Assembly (NCBI GenBank): GCA_963764805.1
Contig: CAVXUB010000002.1
Location: forward strand, 769,028-833,027
Length of the DNA: 64,000 bases
Source: an uncultured Actinomycetota bacterium
Lineage (GTDB): Bacteria; Actinomycetota; Acidimicrobiia; Acidimicrobiales; Bog-793
Direction: 5' to 3'
Numbering within the stretch: the stretch's first letter is position 1; each line of letters opens with the position of its first letter. The notes under the pieces are model-generated. The model was not told where the DNA came from. It worked only from the letters and a program-made list of their open reading frames with translations, and ran no database searches. A program made the translations under genes and the position numbers. Shown piece by piece: positions 57,210-64,000 of this stretch.

Positions 57210-57425
57210 TCAGCCCGCCTTCCTCGAGTAGCGCAGCCGAGGGACGAGACCGGCTCCCACCAGCATCCTGACGGCGCGGTACTCGTCGGCGGCGATGACA
57301 ACAGGTCCCCTCGCCATCTCGTCGCGCTCGACGATGAAGGTCACCAGACAGTCCTCGCAAGCCGGCCCCCGCCCGAGGGCGCAGTCGTCGCAGCTGATCG
57401 TGATGGCGGTGTCGCTCGCCTCCAT
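57210..57425 (-). CDS. Small Cys-rich hypothetical protein (71 aa)
   Basis: An internal ATG at 57425. It carries a CDDC...CEDC pair (MEASDTAITISCDDCALGRGPACEDCLVTFIV). Confidence 0.5.
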   Translation of the reverse strand: MEASDTAITISCDDCALGRGPACEDCLVTFIVERDEMARGPVVIAADEYRAVRMLVGAGLVPRLRYSRKAG

Positions 57426-57611
57426 GTCCGATGCCGGCGCGTGTCGCCGGCAGTGTCGCCAGGATTGCCACTTCGCACCTCCTCGTCGGGCGTCGCCATC
57501 GCGTCGCGCTCGGGGACCATCATGACGAGCGGGTGTATCACAGCTCTCACGGCTCTCCCGACCACGGCCGCACGGTACTCGCGGCCGCACCGCCAACTAG
57601 GTTCTCGCAGC

Positions 57612-59147
57612 ATGACGTCGCGAAGACTGCAGGCCGTCTGGGAGGCGTGCATCCCCGAGGTACGGGAGTACGCCGGCCGGCACGAGTACGACGGGCGCGT
57701 GCAGGACCTGTCTCCCTCCGGCGTGGCCGCACTGCTCGCCCGCCTCGGCGAGGGTGCCCCGCTGCCAGACCTACACGACGAGGCCCACCTCTCGGCGATC
57801 GAGGCCGGGTACCGCGTCTACTTCGGCGTGACCGAGGAACACCGCTGGAACCCCTTGCCGCACCTGGGCAATCTCGACCTCGCTTGCTACGACCGGGAGT
57901 ATGCGCCCGCCGGCGAGCGCAGGGCGGCCAAGCTGTCGCATCTCCAGCAGTGGCCCGACGCCGTCGCCGGCTCGATCAGCTCCCTCGACTCGGTCACGGC
58001 GCCTGTCGCCAAGGCTCTCCTCCCAGCTGCCCGAGGGTTGGCCACGGTCGCGACGCAGGCTGCGGACGAGGAGATGACATCACAACAGCGCTCGGCGCTG
58101 GCGAGCGCACTGCCCGCCCAGGCAAGACTGGTCGACCATCTCGAGCGGGCCGTGGAGGCGGCAACCCCCTTCGAGCCGGTCGGATCCCGGAACCTCGCGC
58201 TGATGCTCGGCTCGACGCAGGGGATGGCGATCGAGCTCGGCAGGCTGGAGCTCGCCGCCGATCGCGAAGAGGGATCGCCTGCGCGCCCTCCTCGGCGATG
58301 CATGCGCTCGGCTGCGCGAGCACGCCGCTCCCGCCGAGCTGCTGAAGGAGCTCAGCGCCGACCACCCCGACGCCGAAGGCATCTACGCCTCTGCCCGTGA
58401 GCTGATCGACGAGGTGACCGCCTTCACCCTGCGAACGGCGGCTGTTGCCCCCGCTCGGCGGCAGCTGCCTGGTCGGTCCGGCCCCGCCGTCACGGCGTTG
58501 GGCGACGGCGATGATGTCCTGGGCGGCGCCCGGCGAGCCGGAGGCACCGGCCTGGTACTACGTCAACCCACCGGACCCGGAGTGGTCGCAGGAAGAGCAG
58601 CACCAGTGGTTGGCGACGTTCAGCAACACGACCCTGCCGGCGATCACGGCCCACGAGGTCACGCCGGGGCACTTCGCCCACGGGCAGATGCTCTCGCGGG
58701 CGCGGGGGAGGTCAGGCGGACGCTCTTCTCGGAGGCCTTCGTCGAGGGGTGGGCGCACTATGCCGAGGAGCTGATGGTGGAGGAGGGGTTCAGGGCGAAT
58801 GACCCGGTTTCGCGATCGGCGTCTACGTCGAGGCCCTGATCCGCGTGACACGCTTCGCTGTGGCGCTCGGGGTCCAGGGCGGATCGATGTCGTTGGCGGA
58901 GGCGACGCGGCGTTTCGAGGAGGATGCTTTCTTGGAGGGGCCGGCGGCGAGCAGCGAGGCGAATCGCGCCCTCTACGACCCCACCTACGGTCGCTACACC
59001 TGGGGCAAGTTGGAGATCATGGCGCTTCGCGACGAGGCGATGGCCCTCTGGGGAAGCAAGTACAGCCATCTGCGCTTCCACGAAGCACTGCTGTCGCTGG
59101 GGGCGCCCCCGCTCGGCACCATGGGCGACGCGATCGGCGACGCCTGA
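57612..59147 (+). pseudogene. DUF885-family (metallopeptidase-like) protein, reading frame broken four times
   Basis: Collinear protein-like segments lie in frames 0, 1, 2, 1 and 0, with switches near 58270, 58440, 58700 and 58805. The motif is HEVTPGHFAHGQ, followed by FSEAFVEGWAHYAEELM. Confidence 0.75.
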
Positions 59148-59155
59148 GCCCGTCG

Positions 59156-59726
59156 ATGGACGTCGACTGGAACGCCGAGCTGATCGATCAGCTGGAAGCG
59201 CACTGGAGGGAACAGTTCGGCCCCGGCTGGAGGGACTGACGGATGACGAGTACTTCTGGCAGCCGGTCCCGGGCTGCTGGACGCTCGCCGCCGCGGCGAG
59301 AGCAGGGCGCCCCTGTCGCTGGGCGCCGGCGAGTTCACGATGGACTACGCCGAGCCCCCGCACGAGCGCCAACCGGTCACCACCATCGCCTGGCGGATGG
59401 CTCATATGATTGAAGTGTTCGGGCCACCGGGAGCGCCACATTTCAGAGAGAAGCCGCCCCATCGGCCGCCTCTCGAATTCGTGGGCACCGCGGCGGGTGC
59501 CCTGCGCCAGCTCGACGAGGGGCACGACTCCTGGATCGAAGACGTGCGCGATCTCGGCGCTACAGGGCTGGCCAGACCGCAGGGAGCCATCTCTCCGCCC
59601 GTCTTCGCCGACGAGCCGATGGCCAAGCTCGTGTTGTACACGAACGTCGAGATCGTCCATCACGGGGCAGAGGTGTGCCTGCTACGAGACCTCTACCTCT
59701 GGAGGGACGAGCAAGTGGACCGATGA
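59156..59726 (+). pseudogene. DinB-family protein, reading frame broken twice
   Basis: Segments MDVDWNAELIDQLEAHWREQF, then LEGLTDDEYFWQPVPGCWTL, then TTIAWRMAHMIEVFG...IVHHGAEVCLLRDL lie in three frames, with switches at about 59215 and about 59320. Confidence 0.7.
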
Positions 59727-59768
59727 GGTGCGCTCAAGCGCCGGGCGGGCGCTTCCGATAACACTCCC

Positions 59769-61430
59769 GTGCGAGACAAGAATCGTCTGAGCCGTGGTGC
59801 GGGGGCTACGCTGGTGGCGGTTGCCATGGGGACCGCCCTGCTCGCCTTCGGGTCGTCTACGGCTTCGGCGACGTCGGCCTGCTCGGCCGTGCACGGCACC
59901 GCCGTGCTTGGCGCGGCCGACCAGGTGACGGCAGCCCGCTTCACACTCGGAGAGCCGGTCAAGCTCGAAACAGAGCGACACCGTTCACGGGGATCGTCCC
60001 GCCGCACAATCCGAGCCACGACATCTGGCCCCCCAACCCCAACTTCATGGCCGACTGCAACGGCGGCTCGCTCGACAACAGCAGTCGGTGCATCAGCACG
60101 ACCCAGGCAGCCATCACCAACGCCCGCCTGACGGAACCCGTGGGAGCGCTGAACTTCTCCCTTTCGGGCTTCGAGAGCCTGCCGGAGGCCGAACAGCTCT
60201 TCGCCATCGCAGACCTCGAGCGAGTCGCCCGTGGGCTTCCTCCGATGGTCGCCCTCACCGAACAGCTCGACAAGGCTGCCGCTTACGGCGCCGACCACGA
60301 CACCGACCCCACCTCTCCGGCTCCATCACCGGCGGCGGCTGGTGGGAGGCCTGGGGCTCGAACTGGGCCGGAGGAACGATCAACGCCATCGCCTCGGACT
60401 ACTTCTGGATGTACGACGACGGCTACGGCAGCAGCAACCTGGACTGCACGTCGCCGAGCGCTCCCGGATGTTGGGGGCACCGCGACAACATCCTCGGGAC
60501 GTACATCAACCCTTCTTTCGATTGTCCGGACACCCAGCTCATCATGGGTGCCGCCGACAACCCGACAGCGGAGGCGGCCGGCCGTCGTCGCCAGATCTTC
60601 GTCGGCGACTGTGGACCCCTCCCACCGGACGTCGTCTACACCTGGGCGGAAGCCGAGACCGTCCTCGGGCTGGCGCATCAACCGCCTCCCGTCGTCATCG
60701 CCGGCATTGCTCCGACTCCGGACGGCAAGGGCTATTGGGTCGTCAACAGCGCGGGCAAGGTCTGGAACTTCGGCGACGCCCCCAACTTCGGCGACCTGTC
60801 CGGCATACCTGAACGCTCCGATCGTCGGCATCGCTGCCGATCCGCTGGCTGCCGGCTTCTGGCTCGTCGGCGCCAATGGCCGGATATTCACCTTCGGCGG
60901 CGCCAAGTTCTACGGCTCGGCAGGCTCGTTCCACCTCAACAACCCGATTGTCGGGATAGCCGCTACCACCTCGGGCGACGGCTACTGGATGGTGGCCGGC
61001 GACGGCGGCATCTTCTCCTTCGGGGCCGCCAGGTTCCACGGGTCGATGGGCGCCTCACACCTCAACGCCCCGATAGTCGGTATGGCGGCCGACCCTGCCA
61101 CTGATGGCTACTGGCTGGTGGCGGCCGACGGCGGCATCTTCTCGTTCGACGCCAGGTTCTACGGATCCGAGGGCAACACGCCACTCACCACGCCGGTCGT
61201 CTCGATGGAGGCCGCGGGCGGTGGCGTCGGGTACCGCCTCGTGACATCGGGTGGTTCGGTGTATTCCCTGAACGCCGTCGACTACGGATCACCGGCTTCC
61301 CAACCGGCAGCGATGACTGCCATCGCGGGCGATCCGGCGACCGGGGGCTACTGGGTCCTCGGTGCCAACGGGTACCTCGGCGCCTTCGACGCGCCCGGTT
61401 GGGGTCGCCTTGATCGCCGGCATGCGTTCC
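59769..61430 (+). CDS. Secreted protein: N-terminal Cys-containing domain plus GYW-DGG-F-FG beta-propeller-like repeats; at least three frame breaks, 3-prime end uncertain
   Basis: A signal peptide (GATLVAVAMGTALLAFGSSTASA) is followed by ...NFMADCNGGSLDN... and ...WWEAWGSNWAGG...CWGHRDNILG... Repeats follow, e.g. LNAPIVGIAADPLAAGFWLVGANGRIFTFGGAKFYGS. Frame switches occur near 59975, 60300 and 60805. Confidence 0.65.
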
Positions 61431-61858
61431 TAGGAGCGACTGGGCAGAACGGCCGTGGCGTCGGCCGCCACCTTCACCTCGCCGGCCTGATTGGTGAGGG
61501 TGCACTCGAGGTCGACCAGGTTCCCGAGGCCCTCGTTGCGCTTGGCGGTGACCACGACCCGTGTCACCAGCGTCTCTCCGGGCCACGTCTGCTTGGCGAA
61601 ACGTGCCTTGTAGCGCCTGAGCCGCCCAGCACCGACGTACGCCTCGACTGCCGATGCGAGGAAGCCCATCGAGAACATCCCGTGACCGAACACGGACGGC
61701 ATGCCGGCCGAGGTGGCGATGATCTCGTCGTGGTGCATCGGATTGAAGTCGCCGGAGGCGCCGGCGTAGACGACCAGATCGGTCCTCGACAGCAGGTGGC
61801 TCCGCTCGGGCGCGGCGGCGCCAACCTCCACGTCCTCGAAGTACAGCTGCCCGCTCAA
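61430..61858 (-). CDS. MaoC-family (R)-specific dehydratase, HadB-like
   Basis: The hotdog-fold motif is YAGASGDFNPMHHDEIIATSAGMPSVFGHGM. Confidence 0.85.
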   Translation of the reverse strand: MSGQLYFEDVEVGAAAPERSHLLSRTDLVVYAGASGDFNPMHHDEIIATSAGMPSVFGHGMFSMGFLASAVEAYVGAGRLRRYKARFAKQTWPGETLVTRVVVTAKRNEGLGNLVDLECTLTNQAGEVKVAADATAVLPSRS

Positions 61859-61872
61859 GAGCGTGTCCTCCC

Positions 61873-62384
61873 TTACGCGCGATGGATCAGGTTCGACCTT
61901 GCCACGACGACGGCATCGCCGGTCGAGTCGTCCGTCCAGGTCGTCTCGGTCACGAGGAAGGTCATCAGGTGGCCCTTGCTCTCCTTCTCGTAGACGTCGG
62001 CGACGACCGTCACGCCGCTCAGGCGGTCGCCGATCGACATCGGTCGCCGGTACTCGAACTCCTGCTCACCGTGGAGCAGGATGCCACCCTGCGCCAACCG
62101 GCCGCCGATCACCTCGGCGATCGCGTTGAGGTCGACGGGCTCGCTCGGCTGCAGCTCCGGGTAGCTGCCCCAGTGCTCCATCACGAACGGAAAGGTCACG
62201 GGCACCGGGATCGCCTCCAGGCCAGCCTCGGACGCGGACGAGGATCCCGGTAGACGGGATCCTCGTACTTCAGCGCCTTGGCGAAGTCGGCAACCGGCGC
62301 CCGCTCGACGACGACCCGGGAGCGGTGAGTGACCTTGCCGATGATGCTGCGATCGACGGCATGGCGCCCATCCCCTTGCATCAC
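61873..62384 (-). CDS. MaoC-N/hotdog dehydratase subunit, HadA-like; frame break at about 62243
   Basis: MMQGDGRHAVDRSIIGKVTHRSRVVVERAPVADFAKALKYEDPVYRD continues in another frame as SSASEAGLEAIPVPVTFPFVMEHWG... The span length is 3n+2. Confidence 0.75.
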
Positions 62385-62387
62385 AGC

Positions 62388-62461
62388 GGCCTACAGCGCC
62401 CCTGCGCCCAACGGTTACAGCGCCCCTGCGCCCGGTGGCCTACAGCACCTCTACGCCCCGG
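62388..62461. repeat. Three tandem 24-25 bp repeats (GGCCTACAGCGCCCCTGCGCCCaac type) immediately upstream of the HadA-like start
   Basis: Read directly: units at 62388, 62413 and 62437. The third is more diverged. Confidence 0.75.
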
Positions 62462-62524
62462 CCGGCGGTGCTCCTTTGGACCCCGGGCCGCCGGTCGACG
62501 TACCGCCCTTGAGGTCGAAGGCGA

Positions 62525-63125
62525 TCATTGCCTCGAAGGTTCCCGTAAGGCTTCCGCACCATCATGGCGTGCGCTCCCTTGGCGAGTCCGGATTCGGGTC
62601 ACCCGGAAGAAGCGAGTCGTCGGCGAGATCTTCGCCGAGACGTCCACTCCGTCCGGTCGCATGATCGTGATCGAGGTCGCGGAGATCGCCTGCACGGTCC
62701 CTCGGTCGATGTCGACGGTGACCCCAGCAGCCCTCCCCTTGCCCTTCACAGTCAACTCGGCGTGGATACTGCGACGCATCAGCCGGGCGAGAGCCCGCAG
62801 GCGAGGACCCGATTCGCCGCAAGCACCACCCCGCTTCGTGGTGCCGGACACTGCCAGCGACGCCGTCGCCGTCGCGCCCGACACGCCCGAGGTGCCGGCT
62901 GAGGTGCCCGAGGAGACGGCTGACGACCCTCCGTTGCTCCCGCACGGCGCTACCAGGGCCAGTCCGGCTGCCATCTGGTCAGACGCCGTCGTCGGGGCCT
63001 TGGCCGCAGGGGTGTCGAGACCTGACAGCGGTCCGGCCACGGCGAAGGCGCGCCGCCACAACCACCGCCGCCAACAATCCGACAACCGCGCCGCTGCGGG
63101 CGTGTGACTTGATCCAGTTCAACAA
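62525..63125 (-). CDS. Small membrane-anchored/secreted hypothetical protein; frame break at about 63058
   Basis: GGAGG precedes TTG 63125. LLNWIKSHARSGAVVGLLAAVVVAA (a TM/signal segment) continues in another frame as AFAVAGPLSGLDTPAAKAP...VTVDIDRGTVQAISATSITIMRPDG. Confidence 0.45.
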
Positions 63126-63170
63126 CTTGGTCCACCTCCGTTATCGGTGAGCCGAGGCTCTCGTCACCAG

Positions 63171-63856
63171 TCAACCGCGGCTGCGTGAGGCCGGCATGCG
63201 GGAATTGTTATGAAAGTGTGAGCCCCGGGAAGGACCTTCGGGGGCGGGGGGCATCGCGGCGAGCCTGGAGGCGAGGTCCCTGAAGGCGAGCGCCCGATGG
63301 GAGCGAGCGTCTGCGCCCAGGTCCATCTCGGCATCGGAGCGCCCGCCACCCCAGTCCGGGGCGAACACAGGGTCGTATCCGAACCCCTGGCTGCCGCGAG
63401 CTGCATCGAGGATCACGCCCCGCACCACACCTTCGCCGGCGACTTCCTGCCCGTCCGCCCAGACGGCCACGGCAACAGTCGCAAAAAACCGCCGCCCGCT
63501 CCCCCAGCCCCTCCATCTCTGCCAGCAGCTTCTCGAGCGTTCTAACGGTAGGTCGCCCCCTCCCCACGTAGCGAGCCGCGAAGATGCCGGGTCGCCCGTC
63601 GAGGGCGTCGACGAACAGTCCGGTGTCGTCGGCTATCGCCGGCAACCCAGTGGCGTCTGCAGTGCCGACGCTTTCAGGCGGGCGTTCTCCAGCAGCGTGC
63701 TGCCCGTCTCCGCGACTTCGGGAACGTCGGCGGGCCGCGCCACGAGCACGAGGTCGGGAAGCGCGGCGGCGAGGATCGTCTCGATCTCTACAACCTTGTC
63801 CGGGTTGGCGCTGGCGACAACGAATCTCCAGCCCGGCAGTTTGCCGCTGCTGTCAT
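63171..63856 (-). CDS. rdgB: Non-canonical purine NTP pyrophosphatase (RdgB/HAM1 family), frame broken two to three times
   Basis: Segments FVVASANPDKVVEIETIL..., ...PAIADDTGLFVDALDGRPGIFAARY... and ...GSQGFGYDPVF...SHRALAF lie in different frames. One switch is in a T6 run on the coding strand (about 63480). Confidence 0.75.
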
Positions 63857-64000
63857 GGCCGCGCCGGGGGGCGACAGCGAGAGTCGCTGCTTGAGCTGCG
63901 GTCAGCTCGGCCACGCCCTGACCGGCAAGCTCCAGCAAACGGTCGAGACCCCCCGGGAAAATGGAGCACCCTCCGCGGCGCCCTGCACCTCGATCAGCCT
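63853..64000 (-). CDS. rph: Ribonuclease PH, C-terminal end (partial; rest lies outside the window), with a frame change in a G-run
   Basis: RLIEVQGAAEGAPFSRG is followed, after a shift in the G-run at about 63941-63948, by LDRLLELAGQGVAELTAAQAA. The rph-rdgB gene order is widely conserved. Confidence 0.6.

Noticed and set aside
62238-62266. Programmed ribosomal frameshifting at the HadA-like hairpin.
   Set aside because: There is no slippery heptamer upstream, the shift lies inside the stem rather than 5-8 nt before it, and the window is full of unrelated single-base frame breaks.
63853-63938. An rph-rdgB translational fusion, since the listed ORF 63633-63938 runs from RNase PH C-terminal text straight into RdgB text.
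   Set aside because: An ATGA stop-start overlap at 63853-63856 becomes in-frame for both genes once homopolymer-length errors (a G-run on the plus strand at 63865-63870 and an A-run nearby) are allowed for. Separate genes are the conserved arrangement.

Overview
Visibly GC-rich segment that looks like an Actinomycetota chromosome. Supporting markers are F420/deazaflavin and mycothiol-type enzymes, a DUF222-HNH protein, an Ada-AlkA fusion followed by ogt, HadAB-like dehydratases, and a long NrdJ with a Cys-rich tail. Layout: 1-11.2 kb holds two metal-uptake ABC operons, a DtxR-family regulator, an ada-alkA/ogt alkylation-repair pair and a short AlaRS. 11.3-28.3 kb is accessory: a DUF222-HNH / hyper-acidic protein / AAA-ATPase cassette, secreted enzymes, a PNPOx-GAF-hemerythrin-DDN redox cluster, and a 4.1-kb cassette of secreted-protein genes flanked by two DUF952 copies. 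28.3-41.2 kb is a decayed defence/TA/IS island (AbiEi/AbiEii, a truncated GIY-YIG gene, IS3- and IS110-type fragments, a cyclase-NB-ARC-TPR STAND protein, VapB plus truncated VapC, a broken Swt1-like HEPN gene and orphan genes). Both edges of this island carry copies of one 19-22 bp repeat family. 41.2-46.4 kb is nrdJ interrupted by two LAGLIDADG inteins, with phased NrdR-like boxes upstream. 46.6-64 kb is mostly housekeeping (AlkZ/YcaQ-like, glpK, plsC-like, aminotransferase, LLM oxidoreductase, ROK glucokinase, GT4, queG, DUF885, DinB, HadAB-like, rdgB, rph). About 25 conserved genes are broken by single-base frame changes. Many sit in short homopolymer runs and they are densest after 57.6 kb, so CDS and pseudogene calls are hedged. 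No tRNA, rRNA or CRISPR array was recognised. All functional calls rest on motif and family recognition by eye, with no database search.
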